Below, in pieces: positions 9,294-18,558 of a stretch of 64,000 nt of DNA. Numbering within the stretch: position 1 is the first letter of the stretch; each line of letters begins with the position of its first letter. The stretch comes from an uncultured Lichenihabitans sp. GTDB lineage: Bacteria > Pseudomonadota > Alphaproteobacteria > Rhizobiales > Beijerinckiaceae. The notes beneath the pieces are model-generated. The model was given only the letters and a program-made list of their open reading frames with translations. It was not told where the DNA came from and searched no databases. Made by a program: the position numbers and the translations under genes. The stretch is taken from the NCBI GenBank assembly GCA_964243405.1, contig CAXTFJ010000005.1, positions 9,882 to 73,881 of the forward strand, given 5' to 3'.

Positions 9294-10394
9294 TTGACCT
9301 ACGATCTCGAGCTGATCGGCGTCGGCAAGACCTACGACAGCGGCGCCCCGGCCGTGATCGACTTCGACCTCACCGTGACCAAGGGCGAGTTCGTGGCCTT
9401 CCTGGGCCCGTCGGGCTGCGGCAAGACCACGACGTTGCGCATGATCGCGGGCTTCGAGCGGATCACGCGGGGCGACATCTTCATCCGCGGCAAGCGCATC
9501 AACGACCTGCCGCCCGAACGCCGCCCGACCTCCATGATCTTCCAGAACTACGCCCTGTTCCCGCACATGAGCGTGCGGCGCAACGTGGGCTACGGGCTGG
9601 AGGTCAAGGGGCTCGCCAAGCCCGAGCGCGACCGCAAGGTCGATCGCATCCTCGACACGCTGGGGCTCGCCGAGGTGGCGGACCACAGGCCCGACCGGCT
9701 GTCGGGCGGCCAGCGGCAGCGGATCGCGCTGGCGCGCGGCCTCGTGGTGGAGCCAGACATCCTGCTGCTGGACGAACCCTTGGGCGCGCTCGACGCCAAC
9801 CTGCGCCACGCCATCCAGGCGGAACTCAAGCTGCTGCAGGTCAACCTCGGCATCACCTTCATCTTCGTGACCCACGCGCAGTCCGAGGCGCTGACGATGT
9901 CGGACCGCATCGTGGTGATGAACGGCGGCCGCATCGAACAGGTGTCCTCGCCGCGCGATCTGTATACCCGGCCGAAGACGCGCTTCGTGGCCCAATTCAT
10001 CGGCCGCAACACGATTTTGACCGGCGTGCTGGACAGCGTCGACGGCGGGCTCGGCCGCGTCAGCACTCCATTCGGCCGTTTCACGGGCGTCGCGGACGGC
10101 GCCGTCAAGCCCGGTGCTGCCGCGTCGCTCGTGGTGCCGGCCGAAGCCTTCACCATGGCGGCCGCGGAGGCGGGCGCCGCGGAAGCGGACGGCAACGCGG
10201 TCGACGCGCGGATCGAAACGCGCGACGTGGTCGGTCCCATCGTGCGGTTCCAGCTTGCCGTTCCGGGAGGCCAGCAGGTCGCGCTGGAAGGCCATATGGG
10301 GCGCTACGGCGGGAGTTTCGCGGCCGGCTCGCCGGTCCGCGTGTCCTGGAACGCGCAAAGCGCTACCGTGATCCCCAGTGCGGAAGCGGCCTGA
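9294..10394 (+). CDS. Second ABC ATP-binding protein (PotA-like)
   Basis: [22 protein letters not shown] and VTHAQ; TTG start with GGAG RBS (ORF open from 9267). Confidence 0.92.
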   Translation: MTYDLELIGVGKTYDSGAPAVIDFDLTVTKGEFVAFLGPSGCGKTTTLRMIAGFERITRGDIFIRGKRINDLPPERRPTSMIFQNYALFPHMSVRRNVGYGLEVKGLAKPERDRKVDRILDTLGLAEVADHRPDRLSGGQRQRIALARGLVVEPDILLLDEPLGALDANLRHAIQAELKLLQVNLGITFIFVTHAQSEALTMSDRIVVMNGGRIEQVSSPRDLYTRPKTRFVAQFIGRNTILTGVLDSVDGGLGRVSTPFGRFTGVADGAVKPGAAASLVVPAEAFTMAAAEAGAAEADGNAVDARIETRDVVGPIVRFQLAVPGGQQVALEGHMGRYGGSFAAGSPVRVSWNAQSATVIPSAEAA

Positions 10395-10420
10395 GCCGCC
10401 CGCGTCACCAGGAGGAAGAG

Positions 10421-11302
10421 ATGCCCAAAGAGATCCTGTGCGGGTTCGGGGTCGATGTCGACGCGGTGGCGGGCTGGCTCGGCTCCTACGGCGGCGAGGA
10501 CTCGCCCGACGATATTTCCCGCGGGCTGTTCGCGGGCGAGGTGGGCAGCCCGCGGCTGCTCAGGATGTTCGAGCGGCTCGGCCTCAAGACGACCTGGTTC
10601 ATCCCCGGCCATTCGATTGAGACGTTCCCGGCCGAGATGCAGGCGGTCGCCGATTCTGGCCACGAGATCGGCATCCACGGCTACAGCCACGAGAACCCGA
10701 TCGCGATGACGCGCGAGCAGGAGACCGAAATCCTCGACAAGTGCATCGAGCTCGTCACCAAGCTGTCGGGCAAGCGCCCGACCGGCTACGTGGCGCCCTG
10801 GTGGGAGTTCTCGACCGTCACCAACGAACTGCTGCTGGAACGCGGCATCAAATACGACCACTCGCTGATGCACAACGACCACCAGCCCTACTACGTCCGG
10901 GTGGGCGACAGCTGGACCAAGATCGACTACGCGGGCAAGCCGTCGGACTGGATGGTGCCGCTCAAGCGGGGGGTGGAGACCGACCTGATCGAGATCCCGG
11001 CCTCGTGGACGCTCGACGACCTGCCGCCCATGATGTTCATCAAGAAGGCGCCCAACAGCCACGGCTTCGTCAACCCGCACGACATCGAGCAGATGTGGCG
11101 CGACCAGTTCGACTGGGTCTACCGGGAATACGACTACGCGGTGTTCCCCATCACCATCCATCCCGACGTGTCGGGCCGCCCGCACGTGCTGATGATGCTG
11201 GAGCGGCTCTACGCCCACATGATCTCGCATCCGGGGGTGCGCTTCGTGACCATGAACGAGATGGCCGACGACTTCGCGAAGCGCTCGCCGCGCGCCAAGT
11301 AA
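10421..11302 (+). CDS. Polysaccharide deacetylase (CE4) family protein, PuuE/HpPgdA-like
   Basis: [24 protein letters not shown] and [11 protein letters not shown]. Confidence 0.9.
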   Translation: MPKEILCGFGVDVDAVAGWLGSYGGEDSPDDISRGLFAGEVGSPRLLRMFERLGLKTTWFIPGHSIETFPAEMQAVADSGHEIGIHGYSHENPIAMTREQETEILDKCIELVTKLSGKRPTGYVAPWWEFSTVTNELLLERGIKYDHSLMHNDHQPYYVRVGDSWTKIDYAGKPSDWMVPLKRGVETDLIEIPASWTLDDLPPMMFIKKAPNSHGFVNPHDIEQMWRDQFDWVYREYDYAVFPITIHPDVSGRPHVLMMLERLYAHMISHPGVRFVTMNEMADDFAKRSPRAK

Positions 11303-11366
11303 GTTTTCAGCCGAGACCGTCCGCCCGCGCGGGCGGGAAGCGGAACCGAGCGGGGGAGGGCGGCTC

Positions 11367-11693
11367 ATGTGCGCGCTATGCGGCGTTCTCGGCGGCTCGG
11401 AGCACTGGGCGGACGCGCACGACCGGCCCGGCGCCTTCACGCGGAACACGGGGCCCGTAGAGCGGCGGCGCGAGCGCGCGCGGCGCGTCGCGCGGGCCAA
11501 CGACCTGCTGGGACCCCTCGGCCTGACCCTGGGGGACTGGCAGGGCAGCGCCTACCTGCTGTCGACCCGCACGGGTAAGACCGAGATCGTCGACACGCTG
11601 GCCCACCTCTGGGCCTCGGCGGAACGGCTGCTCGGCCGCCCGGTCGACCCGCTCGACCCCGTTTGGCTGGGCCGCCTGGAGGCGCGCGGGTGA
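11367..11693 (+). CDS. Hypothetical 108-aa protein with N-terminal CxxC...HW
   Basis: MCALCGVLGGSEHW; GC-rich codon usage; GGGGAGG RBS; GTGA overlap with the CobW gene. Confidence 0.8.
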   Translation: MCALCGVLGGSEHWADAHDRPGAFTRNTGPVERRRERARRVARANDLLGPLGLTLGDWQGSAYLLSTRTGKTEIVDTLAHLWASAERLLGRPVDPLDPVWLGRLEARG

Positions 11694-12700
11694 GCGGGGT
11701 CCCGCCCCGCACGCCCGTGGTCCTGCTCACCGGCTTCCTCGGCTCGGGCAAGACGACGCTGCTGGCCCGCCTGCTCAGGGACCCGGCCCTGTCCGACAGC
11801 GCGGTGCTGATCAACGAGTTCGGCGAGGTCGGGCTCGACCACCACCTGCTGGAGCGGGTGGACGAGACCACCGTGCTGCTGAAGTCCGGGTGCCTGTGCT
11901 GCACCGTGCGGGGCGAACTCGCGACCGCCCTGCGCGACCTGCACTCCCGCCGCACGCGGGGCCTCGTGCCACCGTTCCGCCGCGTGGTGCTGGAAACGAC
12001 GGGTCTCGCCGACCCGCTGCCGGCGCTCACCACGATCGCGGCCGAGCCGGTGCTGCGCCATCATTTCCGCGTGGGCGCCGTGGTGACGACCGTGGACGCC
12101 GTCAACGCGCGCGACCAGCTCCGCCGCCAGCCCGAGAGCGTCAAGCAGGTCGCGGTCGCGGACAGGCTGGTGCTGACCAAGACGGACCTGTGCGGTGAAG
12201 CGGAGGAGGCGGCCGTCGTTCTCGCCCTGCGCACCCTCAACCCGGACGCGCCGATCGTGACCGTCGCGGACCTCGACGCCCAGGCGCTTCTTTCCGATCC
12301 GTCGGCCGCCGCGGGCTTCAGCGAGTTCCGATGCCTGCCGATCGCCGTCGACAGTGGAGCCACGAGCGCCGAGCGCCACGGTGGGTCCGTGGCCTCCCTG
12401 TCGCTGGTGATCGAGGCGCCGCTCGACTGGACGCTGTTCGGCCTGTGGCTCAGCCTGCTGCTGAGCCGTCACGGCGACCGCGTGCTGCGCGTCAAGGGCC
12501 TGCTCAATATCCAGGGCGCCGTCGGGCCGGTGGCGGTGCACGGCGTTCAGAGCCTCGTCCACGTGCCCACCCACCTGGCCGCCTGGCCCGATGCGGAGCG
12601 CAGCTCCCGCCTCGTGTTCATCACCCGCGACCTTGCGCCCACCCTCATCGCCCGCTCGCTGCAGGCCTTCGGGGTGACGCCCGTGCCCGTTCCCGCCTGA
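11690..12700 (+). CDS. COG0523/CobW-family metallochaperone GTPase
   Basis: GFLGSGKTT, NEFGE, GCLCC, ETTGLADP, LTKTD and RVKGL CobW C-domain. Confidence 0.93.
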   Translation: MSGVPPRTPVVLLTGFLGSGKTTLLARLLRDPALSDSAVLINEFGEVGLDHHLLERVDETTVLLKSGCLCCTVRGELATALRDLHSRRTRGLVPPFRRVVLETTGLADPLPALTTIAAEPVLRHHFRVGAVVTTVDAVNARDQLRRQPESVKQVAVADRLVLTKTDLCGEAEEAAVVLALRTLNPDAPIVTVADLDAQALLSDPSAAAGFSEFRCLPIAVDSGATSAERHGGSVASLSLVIEAPLDWTLFGLWLSLLLSRHGDRVLRVKGLLNIQGAVGPVAVHGVQSLVHVPTHLAAWPDAERSSRLVFITRDLAPTLIARSLQAFGVTPVPVPA

Positions 12701-12701
12701 C

Positions 12702-13889
12702 GTGGGGATCCCCGCGAGGCGACCCCGGCTGCGCGTGCTCGGCACGGAGATCACCCTGGTCGAGCCGCTGCGACGGCAGGCGGAGCGGGACCTCGGCATC
12801 GACCTCGTCTTCGAGACGCTCGACTTCCCGTCCGCGCAGCGCAAGGCCGCCGTCGAGCCGGGCAGCTTCGACATCTACGACCAGTGTTTCCACAACCTCG
12901 ACATCGTCTGGTTCTGGCGCGCGATCCAGCCCATCGCGCTCGATCGGATCGCCTGCTGGGGGGACGTGAGCGACCTCACCAAGGCCGGCCGCCTCGGGCC
13001 GCAAGCCTCGACCGGGCGCGGCGACGCTCCGGTGAAGAAGCTCTACGTCCAGCCGGACCATTCGCTCGGGTCGGCGCGGACCGACCGCATCAGCATGCTG
13101 CCGACCGTGCACAACCTCGATTCCTTCGCCTACTGGCCCGACCTGTTCGGGGACCGGCGGCCCGAGGCGGCGAGCTGGGGGTGGCTGTTCGACCGGGAAG
13201 CCAAAGGGTGCCTCGCGCTCGTCGACGAGCCGGCGATCGGCGTGTTCGACGCGGCGCTGGCGCTCGAAGCCCGGGGTGAGGTCGCGTTCGACGATATCGG
13301 CAACCTGTCAATCGCGGAGATCGACAGGTTGATGGCCCTGCTCTGGGGCTATCGCAAGGACGGGCATTTCTCGGGGTTGTGGCGCACGGCCGAACGCGCC
13401 GCCGCCAGCATGGTGGCGGGCAAGGCGCGCATCGGCAGCATGTGGTCGCCGGGCATCGCGGCGGTGATGCGGGCCGGCCGGCAGGTGGTCGAAGCCGTGC
13501 CGCGGGAGGGCTATCGGGCCTGGCACAGCGGCCTGTGCCTGTCCGCGCGGCTGACGGGCGAGGCGCTCGACACGGCCTACCGCTACCTGAACTGGTGGCT
13601 CGACGGCGCGGCGAGCGCCGTCATGGCGCGACAGGGCTTCTACATGTCGGTGCCCGAGCGGGCGCGAGCCCGCATGAAGCCCGCCGAATGGGCCTACTGG
13701 TACGACGGCAAGCCGGCCTCGACCGATCTCCCCGGCCCCGACGGGCAAGCCATGATCGGGGCGGGACGGTCGCGACCCGGAGGCTCCTACTGGGAACGGG
13801 CGAGCCGCATTTCCGTGTGGAACACCACGATGGACGAGTACAATTACCTCGCGCGCCAATGGGCCCAGTTCGCCGCTTCCTTCGATTGA
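12702..13889 (+). CDS. Substrate-binding-protein paralogue without a recognisable signal peptide
   Basis: Aligns by eye along its length with 7990..9222 (PREGYRAW, YWYDGKP, GGSYWER, DEY) but starts directly in the mature domain. Confidence 0.82.
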   Translation: MGIPARRPRLRVLGTEITLVEPLRRQAERDLGIDLVFETLDFPSAQRKAAVEPGSFDIYDQCFHNLDIVWFWRAIQPIALDRIACWGDVSDLTKAGRLGPQASTGRGDAPVKKLYVQPDHSLGSARTDRISMLPTVHNLDSFAYWPDLFGDRRPEAASWGWLFDREAKGCLALVDEPAIGVFDAALALEARGEVAFDDIGNLSIAEIDRLMALLWGYRKDGHFSGLWRTAERAAASMVAGKARIGSMWSPGIAAVMRAGRQVVEAVPREGYRAWHSGLCLSARLTGEALDTAYRYLNWWLDGAASAVMARQGFYMSVPERARARMKPAEWAYWYDGKPASTDLPGPDGQAMIGAGRSRPGGSYWERASRISVWNTTMDEYNYLARQWAQFAASFD

Positions 13890-14158
13890 GCGTCCCGGGG
13901 CACTTTCCGGTCCGTTTCGGCACGGGGTCGTCGTGTGCCGGGCAGACGACCGAGCGGATGGCCATGACCGGAGCCCTGGCAGGCAGACGCACGGTACCCG
14001 TCGCCACCCGGGTCGTCGAAAAGCCGTTCGACAACGCGCTCTGCCTGCCGGTGGGCGAAGCGTTCCAGCGTGGTTGTGGCGCAAGGCGCGTCGCGCGTCG
14101 CCTTGGCATCGGCCGTGCTACGGCGAAGGCCGATCCATCTGTTTCGTGCAGGACGACC

Positions 14159-15355
14159 ATGCCCACCGTCGAGACCAAACGCCTCCTCGCCGATCTGGAT
14201 CACCTGCGCACGATTGGCGCCTTCAAGACCGGCGTGCACCGGCCGACCTTCGGGCCCGAGGACATGGAAAGCCGACGCTGGCTCATGGCGCAGATGGACG
14301 CCGTCGGACTCGAGCCCATTCTGGACGGCATCGGCAACGTCATGGGACGGCATCGCGGACCTGGCCCGCATCTCCTGGTGGGCAGCCACATCGAGACGCA
14401 GAACCAGGCGGGCTGGCTCGATGGCGCGCTCGGCGTCATGACGGCGCTCGCTTTGGCCCGGGCCGGGCTCGCGGTCGACGTTTGCGCCTACGCGGACGAG
14501 GAAGGCCACTGGGGCAACATGATCGGCAGCCGCAGCCTGGTGGGCGACCTCGCGGAGGACGACATCGACCGCGCGCGCAATCGCGAGGGCGTTCCCCTGC
14601 GCGATGCCCTGGAAACCGCAGGTCTGGCCGGCTTGCCGCGCCTCGCCCTCGAAGGCGACCGCTACCGGGGCGCCCTCGAGCTGCACATCGAGCAGGGCAC
14701 GCAACTGGAGGGCAGGGATCTCCGGATCGGGGTTGTCACCGGGATCGTGGCGATCCGCCAGTTCAAGATCGTGGTCGAGGGCCAGCAGGACCATACGGGC
14801 GGCACCACGATGGCGGAGCGGCGCGACGCCGCCCTTTCGGCCGTGCGGCTGATGGCGGCGATCGACATAGAATTCCCCAGGGTCTGCGGTGAACGCAGCG
14901 TGTGGACCACCGGCCGCATCCTGGTCGAACCCAACCAGCCGATGATCATTCCGGGCCGCTGCGAACTCTCCTTCTCGTTCCGCGACCTTTCCGAAACCGT
15001 GATGGACCGGATGGAAGCCTGCCTTCGCGCGCTGGTGCGCGAGAGCGTCCGGCGCGAACGCTGCGCGGTCACGATCGAAGAGGTCAGCCGGCTGAAGCCG
15101 GAACTCTGCGACGGCCGCATCGTCGAAGCGTTCGAGGCCTCGGCGCGGGACCTCTGTCCCGGCGCCTGGCAGAGGATGCAAAGCGGCGCGTTGCACGACA
15201 GCCAGGTGCTGGCGCGCCGCGTGCCGATGGGCATGCTGTTCGTCCCCTCGATCGGCGGCATCAGCCACCATTGGACCGAGGACACCAGGCGCGAGGACCT
15301 CGAACTCGGCTGCCAGGTCATGGCCGGAGCCGCGGAACGTCTGTTGGCGCGCTGA
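14159..15355 (+). CDS. M20 Zn-dependent amidohydrolase (allantoate amidohydrolase/N-carbamoylase family)
   Basis: GSHIET, DGALG, DEEG, ELHIEQG, DHTGGTTM, SGALHD, GGISHH; ATG 14159. Confidence 0.92.
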   Translation: MPTVETKRLLADLDHLRTIGAFKTGVHRPTFGPEDMESRRWLMAQMDAVGLEPILDGIGNVMGRHRGPGPHLLVGSHIETQNQAGWLDGALGVMTALALARAGLAVDVCAYADEEGHWGNMIGSRSLVGDLAEDDIDRARNREGVPLRDALETAGLAGLPRLALEGDRYRGALELHIEQGTQLEGRDLRIGVVTGIVAIRQFKIVVEGQQDHTGGTTMAERRDAALSAVRLMAAIDIEFPRVCGERSVWTTGRILVEPNQPMIIPGRCELSFSFRDLSETVMDRMEACLRALVRESVRRERCAVTIEEVSRLKPELCDGRIVEAFEASARDLCPGAWQRMQSGALHDSQVLARRVPMGMLFVPSIGGISHHWTEDTRREDLELGCQVMAGAAERLLAR

Positions 15356-15627
15356 CGGGGGGCCGGTGACCGTACTAGGAGGTTCGCTGCCCTCCCCGTC
15401 GATCGCGAGCGGGGTGGGTTGATCTGAAAACCTTCCAAGCCCGAGGGTCCGTCCGGGATGGCCTGGCTCATGCGCCCCACGCGGCTTCGGAGCCGGTCGA
15501 GCGGGTCGCCCGCGGGCAAGGGAACGCGGCCCGAGGCCGGATTTGTCCGACTTTCGGATGATTGCACGAACCGCCCCGCGGCTTACGGTTCGGCAAGGAT
15601 GTGCCTCGTCCGGTGAGGGACTTCAGG

Positions 15628-16869
15628 ATGAACGTGCTCGTGAACTCGCAGGACCGTTCGCTCCGGGACCGCGCCAAGGCGGTCGTGCCGGGGGGCATGT
15701 GGGGCCACATGAATGCCGCGGCGCTTCCGGAAGGCTACCCGCAGTTCTTCGCGCGGGGCGCGGGCAGCCGGGTGTGGGACGTCGACGGCAACGAGTACGT
15801 CGACTTCATGTGCAGCTGGGGACCGGTCATCCTCGGGCACCACCATCCCGAGGTCGACGAGGCGGCTCTAAAGCAGCTGGCGCTGGGCGACTGCCTCAAC
15901 GGGCCCGGCGAGGTCATGGTCCAGCTCGCCGAACTCATCGTCGAGATCGTCCCGCACGCGACCTGGGTGCAGTTCCAGAAGAACGGCACGGATGCCACCA
16001 CGACGGCGGCCACGGTCGCGCGCGCCGGCACCGGACGCCGCAAGATCCTGGTCGCGCGCGGCGCCTACCACGGCGCGGTGCCGTGGTGCTCGCCCTCGCT
16101 GGTGGGCGTCACGGCCGAGGATCGCGCCCACATCATCCCCTACGAGTACAACGACGTCGACAGCCTCCGGAACGCCTGCGAGCAGGCGAAAGGCGACCTC
16201 GCCGGCATCATCGTGAGCGCCTTCCGGCACGACTACGGCTTCGACCAGGATCTGCCGAGCCGGGCCTTCGGCGAAGCGGCCCGCGCCGCGGCCGACGCGG
16301 GGGACGCGGCGCTGATCGTCGACGACGTGCGCGCCGGGTTCCGCCTCGACCTCGGCGGCAGCTGGGAAACGATCGGGGTGCGGCCGGACCTGTCGGCCTG
16401 GAGCAAGTCGATCGCCAACGGGTTCGCGCTTGCCGCGGTCACGGGCAACGAGCGCTTCCGCGAGCCGACCTCGTCCATCTTCACCACCGGCTCGTTCTGG
16501 TGCTCGGCCGTCTCGATGGCGGCCGCTTTCGCGACGCTGACGGCGCTCCGGCGCGACGACGGCCCGGGCCACATGGCCCGCATGGGTGGGAAACTGCGCG
16601 ACGGCCTCGCCGACCTCAGCCGAACCTACCAGATGCCGATCCGCCAGACCGGGCCGGTGCAGATGCCGACCGTGCTGTTCGACGACGACGCCGACCGCCG
16701 CAAGGGCTTCGCGTTCTGCTCGGCGACGGTCCGGCAGGGCGTCTACTTCCACCCCTTGCACAACATGTTCCTGTCGGCTGCCCACACGGCGGAAGACATC
16801 GACCGCGCGCTGGAGGCCGCCGAGCACGGCTTCAAGGCGGCGCGTACCGTCGCCCCCGCGCACGACTGA
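15628..16869 (+). CDS. Class III PLP aminotransferase (GSA aminomutase-like)
   Basis: WDVDGNEYVDFMCSWGP, KNGTDAT, YHG, DDVRAGFR and WSKSIANG (PLP lysine). Confidence 0.92.
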   Translation: MNVLVNSQDRSLRDRAKAVVPGGMWGHMNAAALPEGYPQFFARGAGSRVWDVDGNEYVDFMCSWGPVILGHHHPEVDEAALKQLALGDCLNGPGEVMVQLAELIVEIVPHATWVQFQKNGTDATTTAATVARAGTGRRKILVARGAYHGAVPWCSPSLVGVTAEDRAHIIPYEYNDVDSLRNACEQAKGDLAGIIVSAFRHDYGFDQDLPSRAFGEAARAAADAGDAALIVDDVRAGFRLDLGGSWETIGVRPDLSAWSKSIANGFALAAVTGNERFREPTSSIFTTGSFWCSAVSMAAAFATLTALRRDDGPGHMARMGGKLRDGLADLSRTYQMPIRQTGPVQMPTVLFDDDADRRKGFAFCSATVRQGVYFHPLHNMFLSAAHTAEDIDRALEAAEHGFKAARTVAPAHD

Positions 16870-16922
16870 GGGATCAACCCCTCGCTCGACCTTCCCCTGC
16901 CCGAAGCCCTTGGAGACCACCG

Positions 16923-18527
16923 ATGGCCTACCCGCTCCGATCCCTGATGGCGTCCGCCGCTTCCGTCCTCGGGTTGGCCGCCGCCGTCGCGTTAGCGTCG
17001 CCGGGCCTGGCCTGGGCGGCCGACGACTCGATCGTCGTGGCGCGCGATATGGATATAAACTCGCTGGATCCGGCGCGCGCCTATTGCGACACCTGTCAGA
17101 TCTATCTCTCCGCGGTCTACGACACGCTGCTGACCCTCGGACCTGACAACAAGACACTGGTGCGCGACATCGCCGAGAGCTGGGAGGTGAGCCCGGACGC
17201 CACGACCTTCACTTTTCACCTGAACCCGAACGCGAAATTCTCGGATGGATCCCCAGTCAAGGGCGATGACGTCAAATGGTCGCTCGATCGGCTGAAGTCC
17301 ATCAAGGGCGGGGCTGCCTATTTGATGGACACGCTCAAGTCCGTCGAGGTCAAGGACCCCGAGACCGTGGTGATTACCACCACGGTGCCGAATTCAGAGT
17401 TCTTGGGCATACTCGCGGCCACCTATTGCGGCATCATCAATTCCAAGTTGGCCTCGGCACATGGCGCGAACGCCAAGGACGATGCCTCGACGAGCGATAC
17501 GGCTGACAGCTGGTTTCTCGCGAATTCCGCCGGAAGCGGCGCCTTTACGCTCGAAAGCTACAAGGCCGACGACACGATCCGCCTGAAACGCAATGACGGT
17601 TATTGGCAAACGAAAGCCAATGTTTCAGGTGTCGTTCTTAAGCAGACCGCCGATGCCGTGACCCAGGCCCAGATGCTGCAATCGGGGGCAGCCGACATCG
17701 CGATGCAGGTCGACCCCGACACTGCGAAGAGCATCCACGACGAGAACGTCGTGTTCAAGACCGTGCCCTCTTTCAATTTCATCTATGCGGCTATGAGCCC
17801 GATCGCCAAGGGCGCCGAGATGCTGAACAAGCTCGAAGTGCGCCAGGCGATCGCGCTTGCCATCGACTACCAGGGCGCGATCGACTTTGCGGTCGGCGGC
17901 CAGGGCAAGCTGCAGCCCGCCCCGCTCGCCAATGGCTATCCTGGCTCGGCTGGCCTGCCGGCACCGACGACTGACGTCGCCAAGGCCAAGGATTTACTTG
18001 CCAAGGCTGGCTATCCGAACGGCTTTGCGCTTGACACAGAATTTCCGGCGCAGAACGTCTATGGGGTCGACCTATCGCTGCTGGCCCAAAAACTTCAGCA
18101 GGATCTCGCCAAGGTTAACGTGAAGCTGAACCTCAAGCCGGTTACGTATAATGTCTGGTCGGCGGATGTCGTGGCGCCCGGTATTCCGTTCACGATGACC
18201 TATTGGGCGCCTGACTATTACGGCAGCGCGCAATACATTCAGTATTTCGCCATGATCGAAACGTCGCCCTGGGGTAAGCAGGCTGGCGTTGGGAAAACCG
18301 CTGGTCTCGACGGCAAGGATCAGGCCGCATTGCTGGATAAGGCCCTCGCGGCTAAGCCGGCCGATGTCGATACGGCTTACAAGGCCAGTGCCACGAAGAT
18401 GATCGACGACAAGATCGTGCTGCCGGTCGTCAGCCCGGACCTGGTGCTCGCCTACCGCAGCGGCATCGGCGGCGTCCGCTACAGCGCCTGCTGCAACCTG
18501 CCGCTCGTCGAGGTCACCAAGCGTTGA
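16923..18527 (+). CDS. ABC substrate-binding protein family 5 (DppA/OppA-like)
   Basis: Sec signal ending AWA, SLDP, AESWEVS, FSDGSP and GSGAF motifs. Confidence 0.92.
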   Translation: MAYPLRSLMASAASVLGLAAAVALASPGLAWAADDSIVVARDMDINSLDPARAYCDTCQIYLSAVYDTLLTLGPDNKTLVRDIAESWEVSPDATTFTFHLNPNAKFSDGSPVKGDDVKWSLDRLKSIKGGAAYLMDTLKSVEVKDPETVVITTTVPNSEFLGILAATYCGIINSKLASAHGANAKDDASTSDTADSWFLANSAGSGAFTLESYKADDTIRLKRNDGYWQTKANVSGVVLKQTADAVTQAQMLQSGAADIAMQVDPDTAKSIHDENVVFKTVPSFNFIYAAMSPIAKGAEMLNKLEVRQAIALAIDYQGAIDFAVGGQGKLQPAPLANGYPGSAGLPAPTTDVAKAKDLLAKAGYPNGFALDTEFPAQNVYGVDLSLLAQKLQQDLAKVNVKLNLKPVTYNVWSADVVAPGIPFTMTYWAPDYYGSAQYIQYFAMIETSPWGKQAGVGKTAGLDGKDQAALLDKALAAKPADVDTAYKASATKMIDDKIVLPVVSPDLVLAYRSGIGGVRYSACCNLPLVEVTKR

Positions 18528-18558
18528 TGGAGGCCTAGGCACCGGAGGAGCCGGCGGG

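Noticed and set aside
13379-15355. 658-aa ORF as an extended amidohydrolase
   Set aside because: The N-terminal part overlaps the SBP paralogue in another frame and is low-complexity; family similarity begins at ATG 14159.
15628-16869. hemL assignment
   Set aside because: GSA-like motifs are present, but the transporter context and divergent active-site region (DDVRAGFR, WSKS) argue against it.
15543-18527. 994-aa ORF suggesting a large fusion protein
   Set aside because: The first ~460 codons are an Arg/Gly-rich shadow frame over the aminotransferase; the real SBP starts at ATG 16923 with a signal peptide.
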